From NCBI RefSeq assembly GCF_009914755.1, contig NC_060929.1: 64,000 nt of DNA. One strand, written 5' to 3'. This document shows, piece after piece, positions 13,359-24,469 of the stretch; position 1 is the stretch's first letter, and each line of letters opens with the position of its first letter. The notes beneath the pieces were generated by a model. It was given only the letters and a program-made list of their open reading frames with translations. It had not been told where the DNA came from and made no database searches. The translations under genes were made by a program, and so were the position numbers. This DNA comes from the human T2T-CHM13v2.0 reference genome, Homo sapiens.

Positions 13359-13659
13359 GTAAGAACCTACTTACAGCAGAAGTGATGGTTGCAGCCTGGG
13401 ATTAGGTTTCTGGTTCAGGGCATGGGGTGCAGAGCAATCCGCTCCAGCCCCGCAGGGGACTCCGTGCATCACTGGCAATATTGATCACAGCAGAGAGCGT
13501 GGGCCGAAGGTGGGAGGCCCCCCTGGACTTAACCTTTCCCACCTAGACAGAGGTACTAACGACAGAGGCTTCACCTGCATTCTCTATGCTCTTTGGTACT
13601 TTAGGGATTGACCAAGTTACGTGTTAAATCCTTGAAATTACATGCAAAACATTTTCCTG

Positions 13660-14175
13660 AAGATTGCACACACATGGTAAAAATCCAGGTAGTAAAAGTG
13701 GACAGTTAAAAGCAAAACCTCCTTAGCCCTCTCTCTGTTGCTTTTTCCTGTCCCAGAGGTAACCATGGTTACTGATCTGTTATGTGACTTTCCTCTTCTA
13801 CCTTTTAAAAGATTTTACTACAAAAGGGAGTCTACATTAGGGCTCTGCACGTTGCTTTCACGGTTAACTGTGTGTCTTGGAAGCTCTTCCACATGAGCAC
13901 GTAGAGCTCTGTTTCATTCTTTGTGTTGGCTGTGTAATGTTCCTTGGTAGGGTTTCACTGGTTCCCCTGTTGGGTATTTGTGTTGTTTCAACTCCTTCCT
14001 CATTACAAGCAGTGGCACAGTAACTGTTCTTATACAGGCCTTTGTGACATGTAAATGGACAAATTCTTAAAAATGAAATTCCTGGGTCTGTGGATCTGTG
14101 ATTTTCCAGTTTAAGCAGATACTTGCAGATTGCCCTCCAAAGATGTTGGACTGGTTTACACTTCCACCAGCAGAA
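13660..14175 (-). mobile_element. Ancient L1 (L1ME-like) fragment
   Basis: ttgccctccaaagatgttggactggtttacacttccaccagcag; L1 ORF2-like translation in ORF 13864..14247. Confidence 0.65.
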
Positions 14176-15236
14176 GTTAAATGCGGTGTGAGCGTGTGCG
14201 GAATGTGGAAATGTGCACATGGAATAGCAGCTTTCTAGGGAGAACATCAGATTTTATCAGATTTTCAAAGGAGTCTGGAACTCAGAAGTTACTGGAAGCA
14301 GTCGCTCTCAATCCGGGCTGAGAGCACCCATAGCTGAGCTGTCCTGGAGTGTGAAGTCTAGCTTTGCTCAGCCTGTCTTGGGCCCCTCCCTTGGTGCTGT
14401 GGCTCCTGGAGGCTGGCAGGACTCAGCTAGAAAATCAGAGCCTGTTGGAGCCGGGAGGGTTCTTAGGTTATGGAGAGTTTGAGCTGGAAAGGCCCTTGGT
14501 GACCCTCAAGCCCAGCTCTGGAAAAACTGTGGCCCAGAGTGGGGAGGGTATCTCCAGTAGTCACACAGCAAGTCAGTGTGCCAGCAAAGACTAGAACTCA
14601 GGTATTCACTCCTAGTCTAGGACCCTTTCCCTTCCTTCCCACTGCCTTCAAGTTCCCCAAAGCAGCGTGAAGCACCCACCATGCCAGGCACAGAATATGT
14701 TCAGTCCCACATTATGGCTCCTGCCGAGAGGGGGTCCTGCTTCATTTCAGACTGGAATCGAAGCACCTAGGTTTGAATCCCAGCCCTGCCATTTAGTACT
14801 TGTATGTCCCTTAGGCATACATCCTGAACCTCTCTAAGCCTCGGCTTCCTGATCTATAAAGAGGGGTTAATAATAGTGCCTATGTCAAAGGCTATTAGGA
14901 GGATTACAGCAGATAATACACATAAAGCACTTAGAACAGTGCCTGGCACATAGAGTTGCTCAGTAAATGTGAACTAATACTTCTGGTACAACCATTAGTG
15001 GTAACAAGCATTCTAGTGCCATTTCTTCACGGGGCCTTTGGAGAAGAACCAAAGCTTAAAGAGGCAAAGCGCGACCCCTGCTGGTCAAAGGTTGTTTCCC
15101 TCCCATGCCTTAGATTACCTTCATTCCCTACATGCTTATTGAGTGCCTCTGTTTCAGCCATTGTGCAAGGCACACAGGAAACAGACTTGCTGTCTAGACT
15201 CCCTGCATACCGACAGAGATCTGGAAGGGCCCTGAG

Positions 15237-15553
15237 GGACCGGGCACAGTGGCTTATACCTGTAATCCCAACACTTTGGGAGGCTGAGTGGGAGGATCCC
15301 TTGAAGCCAGGAGTTTGAGACCAGCCTGGGCAACATAGGAAGATCCATCTCTATGATTTTTTTTTTTTTTTAAATTAGCCCGGTATGGTGGCACGTGCCT
15401 GTAGTCCCAGCTACTCTGGAGGCTGGGGTAGGAGGATTTTCTAAAGCCAGGAGTGTGAGGCCTCAGTGAGCTAGGATCATGATACTGCATTCAAGCCTGG
15501 GTGACAGAGCAAGACCCCATCTCTTTAAAAGACAAAAAGCAAACAAACAAAAA
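15237..15553 (+). mobile_element. Alu (J-like)
   Basis: Dimeric Alu, poly-T in linker, TSD-like ggccctgag flanks. Confidence 0.9.
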
Positions 15554-16189
15554 GGCCCTGAGAAGTCATCTGGACCTCAGGTTGGGCCATGGATCCCAGA
15601 GAGTCCAGCGATGGACTTGTAAGGACCTGTGGACCTCTGTGTGTCTGTGTGATTTTCTGAGGTCAGCAACTTCTGTCATATTCTTAGAGTCAAAAAAAGA
15701 GGTTTTAATCCAGCCATGTAGTCTCTCTGCCCCTGCTCATTACACCAATGGAGGAATCAAGGCTCTCACAGTGCACCGGGCCTGAGCCAGGCTAGAATGA
15801 GGTCTCTTTCCCCCAGTCCTAGGATCATTTCCCATCGAAAAAGTCACAAACATGTGGGTGCTGGTTTGGGGTTTAGGTGGGGTAGCCAGGATCCTGTGGC
15901 TCCTCAAGAGTGTGGAGTGGCCTTTTCTCTGGCTCCTGGCCTTTGGCATTCCTTGTTGGAGTGACTTGGGGTGGCATGTTCCCCAGGGAAACTCTCCGTG
16001 CTGTACTAAAATCTCATGATCTTTCTCAGTTTGTTATCAAGCTTGGCTAGGATCTCCGGCGGAAAATCTAGATGTATTCAACTTCCTGCTCTCTCAGCTC
16101 AGGTACACTCTGTACCTGCCCTCAGGGTGCAGAAGCAGAAGAGCTTTTACAGTTTTTATAGAAAAAAAAAAAAAAGCCAAACAAGCTTA

Positions 16190-16599
<410 letters not shown>

Positions 16600-17239
16600 T
16601 CATGATAGGTTCACCGAAAAGTAGTTAGTGGAGTTGCCTCTAGGAGGCAGAAGGGGACTTTGAGCAAGAGAGAGACTTGCTTTTAATTGTCTGCCCTTTA
16701 GTATTTGTGATGTGTCTTCTTTTTTTTTTTTAATCATTTACAAGTATTACCTTGCTTAATTTAAGAAATTAATTTTTAGAGGTAATATGAATAAACAGAA
16801 AGAACAAAGGGGAAATCAGCTAGAATCCCATACCAGAGAATCATTTTGGTACCTAACCTTCCAGATTGTGTGTATGTGTGTGTGTGTGTGCACTCAGAAT
16901 GTCCCAATAAAACTGTATCATAATATTTTAACAGTAGAATAGACAGACGTTACCCAAGACCTGCTTGAGTTTTTCTAAGTCATAGCTATTCCCTGGGGTT
17001 ATTAACTCTGAAAAGGATTTGTATGTTATTAGCATACTTACGTGTGTTCGGGATTGTTAGACAATCTACCATCTGCACCTAGTATCTTGGGATCATCATC
17101 CCAGGTCATGGAATGCCCACCCTGTGTTCTCCCTGTGGTCCTGTGATGCCCAAGGTCAGTCCTGAGGGGCTGGCCATGCAGTCCATGTCCTCTGGCTGTG
17201 GCTCAGCCCCGGCTCCTGTCCTCTCTGCTTTTCCCTCAG

Positions 17240-17356
17240 CTGCAGAAGCTCCTCCTGGCCACATCCTACCCAACATCAAGCTCTGACACCCAGAAGGAAG
17301 GGACCGCCTGGCGCCAGGCAGGCCTCAGATCTAAAAGTCAACGGCCTTGTGTTAAG
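17240..17356 (+). CDS. PPARGC1B: PGC-1beta exon 4 (LQKLLLATS...PCVK; carries the first LXXLL box)
   Basis: ccctcag acceptor ending 17239, gtattt donor at 17357; 117 nt, phase 0/0. Confidence 0.96.
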
Positions 17357-18497
17357 GTATTTCTTCACATGCCCCCAAATCTACCCCAGGTGTCTGTTGG
17401 GGCTGCAGCCTTCAGCTCTGGTGGAGGATAGCGAGTTCAGTCAACCTCCAATATCTCTTCCCACTCCTCCCACAGCCCTTGTAGCTGGTGTCCTGGGCAC
17501 TGCTTCTGGAGATCCAGCCTAGTTTAGGGTTTTCTGGAAGGAGCCCTGGACTTTCTCACACTTTAGTGTTCCAGACACTGGTAGATGTTAATGCAGCTTA
17601 GAGCAAGGATGAGGAAAGTGTGGCCAGGCTTCAGAGGACTGTATTCCAACAGTGTGACAGACCAAAATGCAAGATTGCGCTGGTTGTGGAGGCCACAGTA
17701 AATAGTTTGGATTTTTTTTCCCCCCTCAGGGAGCCCATTGGAGGGTTTAAAGCTCTGCCATAGACATCCAGGGTCAAAGAACATCCCTTTTCCTCCTTGA
17801 GCCCCATCTTCCAAGCCTAACAAGAAGAGGCGTAACAGGTGTTTTTCAAAGGGTCCTGTCCTCAAAGGCTACACACAACCCCTCCTCTTCCTGGTCCTGG
17901 ACGCTTCTCCTGGGAACTGTTGCATCCAATCCTACATCCTCAGAGGCAGAATCGGGACCTCTCAGACAGCAGCTCAGTGTAGGAGCCTCTCCCTTGCTGG
18001 GGCTTCTCTGGGGAATGAGTCCCTATGCTCCCTCCCTATTTGTCCTGGCTGACCCTCCTGAAACAAAGGTCCACCCTCTCGTGCCTCATTCTGTTGAAGG
18101 GGCAGCAGCCACACCCCATTGTGAGCCAGCTGTTTGCCCTCTGGGAGCCTAAGAAGCTCCCCAGAGAGGTGAGATGCATCTGACAGCCATTGCTAGAAAG
18201 TCCCAGCACAACGATGAGTCACACTTGGGGGGAAAGCCCCAGTGTGGACAAGCGGGGCGAATAAGACTGGAGAGGTTGGCTGGTGCGAGTGCAGAGGACC
18301 TCAGACACCCAGCCATGGAGCCTCCCCTTTATCCTGTGGGCACTAGGAGCTACTGAATTTTTTGTTTTTTTAAACTTTATTGAAGTGCAATTTACATACA
18401 TAAAAGCCACCTATTGTAAACAATTCTATGACTTTTAGTAAACTTATACCCATGCAATTGTGACCATTATCCAGTTTTAGAACATATCCATCATTCA

Positions 18498-18753
<256 letters not shown>

Positions 18754-19128
18754 TCATTTGTAGCAAGTCCTTCCTACGCCCAGCTCCAGGCTACCATGAA
18801 CCTACTGCCCGGCTCTTGGCTGAGGGGTACGGAGCAGGGAGGCGGAATGGTCAGAGTGGGGCTTTGTCAGTGAATCTGGAAGGGTCTGCAGGGGCGAAAT
18901 TCCATGGCTGGGAGAGCTGTTAGGAGGCTGGTCTTTCCTTCATTCCTCATCCACTGAGCACAGCCAGGTGCCCGGCTCTGTGTGGGAAGCTGGGGACGGA
19001 ATGAAGGAAACCTGGCTGTTCCTATGATCCAGGTGAGACACAATGGGCCAGCCAGTGACCATGCGGATGAGACACATGGGAGGAGTGTTTGGGCCTCCTT
19101 CCTCACTCTGGCCTCTCTCCCTCTCTAG

Positions 19129-20251
19129 GCGGACAGCACCCAAGACAAGAAGGCTCCCATGATGCAGTCTCAGAGCCGAAGTTGTACAGAACTACATAAG
19201 CACCTCACCTCGGCACAGTGCTGCCTGCAGGATCGGGGTCTGCAGCCACCATGCCTCCAGAGTCCCCGGCTCCCTGCCAAGGAGGACAAGGAGCCGGGTG
19301 AGGACTGCCCGAGCCCCCAGCCAGCTCCAGCCTCTCCCCGGGACTCCCTAGCTCTGGGCAGGGCAGACCCCGGTGCCCCGGTTTCCCAGGAAGACATGCA
19401 GGCGATGGTGCAACTCATACGCTACATGCACACCTACTGCCTCCCCCAGAGGAAGCTGCCCCCACAGACCCCTGAGCCACTCCCCAAGGCCTGCAGCAAC
19501 CCCTCCCAGCAGGTCAGATCCCGGCCCTGGTCCCGGCACCACTCCAAAGCCTCCTGGGCTGAGTTCTCCATTCTGAGGGAACTTCTGGCTCAAGACGTGC
19601 TCTGTGATGTCAGCAAACCCTACCGTCTGGCCACGCCTGTTTATGCCTCCCTCACACCTCGGTCAAGGCCCAGGCCCCCCAAAGACAGTCAGGCCTCCCC
19701 TGGTCGCCCGTCCTCGGTGGAGGAGGTAAGGATCGCAGCTTCACCCAAGAGCACCGGGCCCAGACCAAGCCTGCGCCCACTGCGGCTGGAGGTGAAAAGG
19801 GAGGTCCGCCGGCCTGCCAGACTGCAGCAGCAGGAGGAGGAAGACGAGGAAGAAGAGGAGGAGGAAGAGGAAGAAGAAAAAGAGGAGGAGGAGGAGTGGG
19901 GCAGGAAAAGGCCAGGCCGAGGCCTGCCATGGACGAAGCTGGGGAGGAAGCTGGAGAGCTCTGTGTGCCCCGTGCGGCGTTCTCGGAGACTGAACCCTGA
20001 GCTGGGCCCCTGGCTGACATTTGCAGATGAGCCGCTGGTCCCCTCGGAGCCCCAAGGTGCTCTGCCCTCACTGTGCCTGGCTCCCAAGGCCTACGACGTA
20101 GAGCGGGAGCTGGGCAGCCCCACGGACGAGGACAGTGGCCAAGACCAGCAGCTCCTACGGGGACCCCAGATCCCTGCCCTGGAGAGCCCCTGTGAGAGTG
20201 GGTGTGGGGACATGGATGAGGACCCCAGCTGCCCGCAGCTCCCTCCCAGAG
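19129..20251 (+). CDS. PPARGC1B: PGC-1beta exon 5 (LRELL box at 19573-19587; Glu-rich tract ~19834-19896)
   Basis: ctctag acceptor ending 19128, gtagtc donor at 20252; 1123 nt; coincides with the 444-aa ORF. Confidence 0.97.
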
Positions 20252-20425
20252 GTAGTCAGAGTTGGTGGTCTGCGAAGTGGGGGCAGGGATGGGGTGCAGC
20301 ATGCCCCTCTGCACTGGGAGCCAGGAGCCCTGTGTTCAAGTCCCCGTCCCCCAACAAAGTGTTATATGGGTTTGGACAAGTCCCTTCCCCTCCCTGGCTT
20401 TCAGCTTTTCTTTGGGCTAGTTGGA

Positions 20426-20583
20426 GCAGATCTTCAGAAGAACACCTATGCATCTCTGAGTTTTTCATCTTGCATGGGCAAGGTGCCACTTAATGAATTA
20501 AGCAGGCAGTCAAAAAGTAAACAGAAAAGGAGGATAATTACAAAATTGCAATAGGTACTGTAAAGAAGACTCACTGGGGATGA
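20426..20583 (+). repeat. Copy 1 of locally duplicated L2-like segment
   Basis: Aligns by eye to 21861-22052. Confidence 0.85.
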
Positions 20584-21146
20584 TGTGACAGAAGCGTAAG
20601 GCTATAAGTTCAGCTCCACAATGCAGCTAGAGTTTTAAATGCTGCTAATAGCAGTAATGATAACAACAGTTAGCCACTGTATACTTACCGTGCTGGCACT
20701 GGTCTCAGATGAACAGATTGTCCCTATTGAGTCCTCACAAGAAGGCTCTCTGGTAGGGACTGTCATCGTCTCCATTTTATGATACAGAAACTCAGGCACA
20801 GAGCTACTTAATGATGAGCCCTATGCAGGGCTGTCTGTCCAGAGCTCACAGCAGTGGGACTTAGAGTCAAGTTCTTCCTCACTGTGCTACACGTTTAGCC
20901 AGAAGGGGTCACTCTTGCACCTGTTTGTACTTTCTGCAAAATCAAGTCGCTCTCCCAGCTGAGACTAGGATGGAAGGTGGATTTGAGTTGTTCTGCCCTT
21001 CTCTAAAAGTGGCAGAGGTGTTTGGTCACCTGCCCAAAGGGCAGCTGTGCTTGGCACCAGTGGAGGCCTAGGGTCTCCTCCAGAGGGGAAACATCTGCTA
21101 GTGATACCATATTGGGGAATCTTATTTTTCTGTGTCTTCTTTTCAG

Positions 21147-21183
21147 ACTCTCCCAGGTGCCTCATGCTGGCCTTGTCACAAAG
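21147..21183 (+). CDS. PPARGC1B: PGC-1beta exon 6 (37-nt small exon, DSPRCLMLALSQS)
   Basis: tttcag acceptor, gtagat donor; phase 1/2 keeps the frame between exons 5 and 7. Confidence 0.92.
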
Positions 21184-21773
21184 GTAGATTTTTAGAAATT
21201 ATTGGTGTATTGTTCCATGAGATTTTGTCTTGTTGGATGTGTGTGTTGGTGGTGATGGGGGATTCATCAGCGCCCACCCCTGGCCCCGGCCCCACACCCT
21301 GTGCCCTGATTGTCATCTGGGACCCTCAGGAGCTGGGCTCCTTTAGAAGGGAGTTGGTGTTTAGAAACTGACTTTTGCAGGCCAGAGGAAAGGCCTCAGG
21401 CCATTTCATAACCTGTCCTCTTGGGGGCCCTGAAAAGAGTTCTTTTCTGACAGTGCCCTGTGGCTTTCAGCAAGTCCGTTCCTCCTTCTGGGCCTCGGTT
21501 GCTCCCTCTATAAAATAAGGAGGCTGACAACACTTGTCCTCTATTTACCCTCCAGTGAACCTTGCCTGTGTCTCCTAAAAGAGCTGTGCAGCTTGAATTC
21601 CTCTAACAGCCGGGATGGGGTTTCCCCCAGAGCGAATGCATCTCAGGCTCCATTTCCATGGGCAGTGGAACCAGGGCCTGTCACAGCACTCCCTGCGACC
21701 CTTTCATGGGCGGGGAGGTGGATGCCTGCTGCTGACTTGCTTCTTTCCTTTCTGTCCTCCCTGCCTCCACCAG

Positions 21774-21838
21774 CGACCCAACTTTTGGCAAGAAGAGCTT
21801 TGAGCAGACCTTGACAGTGGAGCTCTGTGGCACAGCAG
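21774..21838 (+). CDS. PPARGC1B: PGC-1beta exon 7 (DPTFGKKSFEQTLTVELCGTA)
   Basis: caccag acceptor, gtgagc donor; 65 nt; conserved PGC-1 motif FEQTLTVELCGTAG. Confidence 0.96.
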
Positions 21839-21860
21839 GTGAGCCAGGGGGCTTCCACTG

Positions 21861-22052
21861 GCAGGTGCCTTCAGGAAAACACCCGTGCATCTCTGAGTTT
21901 TTCATCATGCATGGGCAAGGTGCCACGCAATGAACGATGCGCAAGATGCCTGCCTTCACGGGGCTTATGTTATAGGCAGTCAAAAAGCAAACAGAAAAGG
22001 AAGATCATTACAAATTGCAATAGGTACCATAAAGAAGACTCACTGGGAATGA
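21861..22052 (+). repeat. Copy 2 of locally duplicated L2-like segment
   Basis: Shares tgcatctctgagtttttcatc, tgcatgggcaaggtgccac, aggcagtcaaaaag, aaagaagactcactggg with copy 1; has ~30 extra nt. Confidence 0.85.
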
Positions 22053-22419
22053 ACCAGCATTACAGGCGTGAGCCACCGCACCCAGCCCAGGTGGGCAGTT
22101 TTATCTGCGGTGCCTGCCCCCTCTCCGTCATGGGAAACACCAGAGGCATATGAGAGGTATAGTTGGGAGGGTTTGTTGAACGATTGGACGTAGATCAGGA
22201 AGAGGTATTTGGATGACTGGGAGGTTCCAGCTGCCATTAGTAGGTCACAGAAGGGATGGCAAATGGATTTCATCACATGCCAACTCCAAAGAATTGGAGG
22301 ATTCCCAGCCTACCTCCAGGCTCAGCCAGCAGTGCAGTGATCAGTTAGTGATGTCTGCCATCCACTGGGTTGGGGGAGTAAAGGCACTTGGCCATTTTAT
22401 TGCCATCCCAAACTAGGGT

Positions 22420-22663
22420 CTTTTTTTTTTCTTTTTTTTTTTTTTTTTTGAGACATAGTCTTACTATGTTGTCCAGGCTGGAGTGCAGTGGCACGATCTT
22501 GGCTCACTGCACCAACAAGCCTGTTTAATTTTTTTGTATTTTAGTAGAGACATGATTTCACCGTGTTGGCCAGGCTGGTCTCGAGCTCCTGGCCTCAAGT
22601 AATCCACCCACCTCACCCTCCCAAAATGTTGGGATTATAGGTGTGAGCTACCAGGCTTGGCCC
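22420..22663 (-). mobile_element. Alu (internally deleted)
   Basis: Antisense Alu with poly-T; TSD-like cccaaact(t)agggtct. Confidence 0.88.
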
Positions 22664-22736
22664 CAAACTTAGGGTCTTAGTGTCCCTTGGAGAAGTGATC
22701 TGTCTTTATCTTACCTTTCTCCTCTTCCTCGGGCAG

Positions 22737-23547
22737 GACTCACCCCACCCACCACACCACCGTACAAGCCCACAGAGGAGGATCCCTTCAAACCAGACAT
22801 CAAGCATAGTCTAGGCAAAGAAATAGCTCTCAGCCTCCCCTCCCCTGAGGGCCTCTCACTCAAGGCCACCCCAGGGGCTGCCCACAAGCTGCCAAAGAAG
22901 CACCCAGAGCGAAGTGAGCTCCTGTCCCACCTGCGACATGCCACAGCCCAGCCAGCCTCCCAGGCTGGCCAGAAGCGTCCCTTCTCCTGTTCCTTTGGAG
23001 ACCATGACTACTGCCAGGTGCTCCGACCAGAAGGCGTCCTGCAAAGGAAGGTGCTGAGGTCCTGGGAGCCGTCTGGGGTTCACCTTGAGGACTGGCCCCA
23101 GCAGGGTGCCCCTTGGGCTGAGGCACAGGCCCCTGGCAGGGAGGAAGACAGAAGCTGTGATGCTGGCGCCCCACCCAAGGACAGCACGCTGCTGAGAGAC
23201 CATGAGATCCGTGCCAGCCTCACCAAACACTTTGGGCTGCTGGAGACCGCCCTGGAGGAGGAAGACCTGGCCTCCTGCAAGAGCCCTGAGTATGACACTG
23301 TCTTTGAAGACAGCAGCAGCAGCAGCGGCGAGAGCAGCTTCCTCCCAGAGGAGGAAGAGGAAGAAGGGGAGGAGGAGGAGGAGGACGATGAAGAAGAGGA
23401 CTCAGGGGTCAGCCCCACTTGCTCTGACCACTGCCCCTACCAGAGCCCACCAAGCAAGGCCAACCGGCAGCTCTGTTCCCGCAGCCGCTCAAGCTCTGGC
23501 TCTTCACCCTGCCACTCCTGGTCACCAGCCACTCGAAGGAACTTCAG
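22737..23547 (+). CDS. PPARGC1B: PGC-1beta exon 8 (GLTPPTTPP; DHDY HCF-binding motif at 23000-23011; second Glu-rich tract)
   Basis: ggcag acceptor ending 22736, gtatga donor at 23548; 811 nt; TPPTTPP and DHDYCQ motifs shared by the PGC-1 family. Confidence 0.97.
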
Positions 23548-24437
23548 GTATGAACAGGGGGCTGCAGGAGAGGCAGCGGGCAGTGGAGGATCCCAGTTCC
23601 CGGGGAGCCAGGAGCCCCAGGAGGGAGGATCCCTGGGAAGCTTGCTCTGAAACTGAGGCTGCATCTCCCAGTGTGGCCCATGTCTTGGTCAGGAGCCTTG
23701 AAGGTGGTCTTCTGGGGCAGTTGTGGGTGAGTTCTGGAGGCAGGCACAGCCTGGTCTGTGAAATCGAGAGTGTCCCAAACATCCTGGCCTCCAGAAAGAA
23801 AGAAAACCCACTCCTGGCTATTTGTGGGCTTACGTCTATAAAGGAACTTGTCCCTTATCCATTTGTACTTTTTGCTTTTATGTTTGTAAAATGGATAAGT
23901 TTTTGTGCAAACATACCTGCCCCAACAGTTTGAATTCTAGGGATGTTTATAAGTAAAAGAAAGATTAGTGTAATTCTAATCTGTGCTCTGGAAAATACCT
24001 GGACATAAAGCATTGATAAGGTTTCTGGGTCATGCTGAGTTGTGCTGTGGCTTTCACCAGTTGGCTGCCCCTCGAAGGGCTTTGACCTCAGTGGAGGGAT
24101 GATGCCTCATGAGCCCGCTTGCTCGTATCATCCTCGCTCGCTGAACCAGACTGGAGAAGAAGCCAGTCCAAAAGTCAGCTGGGGAGCTGGGCAGAAAAAA
24201 TGGAGGTTTGGCAGATTCAGAGGGTACTGGTTGCTCCTCTCTGATCACAGTGGGTCCTGATTCTCCCTGGGGAAGGCTTGAGGACAGTCAGTGTCATCAT
24301 CCCCAGCCCTGTGTTGAGGTGAAGCTGAGTGGCCACTAGATGCTGCTCTTGGGCTAGAGCCCAGCTGCCGAATCCGCTGCAGGATTTGTTGCGCCTCCAC
24401 TGGCCGGCCCACACCCGGGTGTCTGATCTGTAGGTCT

Positions 24438-24469
24438 GGGGTGGGGCAGGGGCAGGGGCAGGGGCAGGG
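24438..24469 (+). repeat. (GGGGCA)n G-run repeat within a MER5-like element
   Basis: ggggtggggcaggggcaggggcaggggcaggg. Confidence 0.9.

Noticed and set aside
19170-20554. Several 70-220 aa ORFs overlapping exon 5 in other frames or strands
   Set aside because: Shadows of a GC-rich coding exon (poly-S/poly-P from the Glu tract); no independent signals
20316-23617. Shared 15-mer gggagccaggagccc shortly after the exon 5 and exon 8 donors (20316, 23603)
   Set aside because: Short, G-rich and MIR-like; flanks do not align
22711-23933. 243-aa and other ORFs overlapping exon 8
   Set aside because: Alternate-frame shadows of exon 8 running into the intron; GTG/TTG starts or no context
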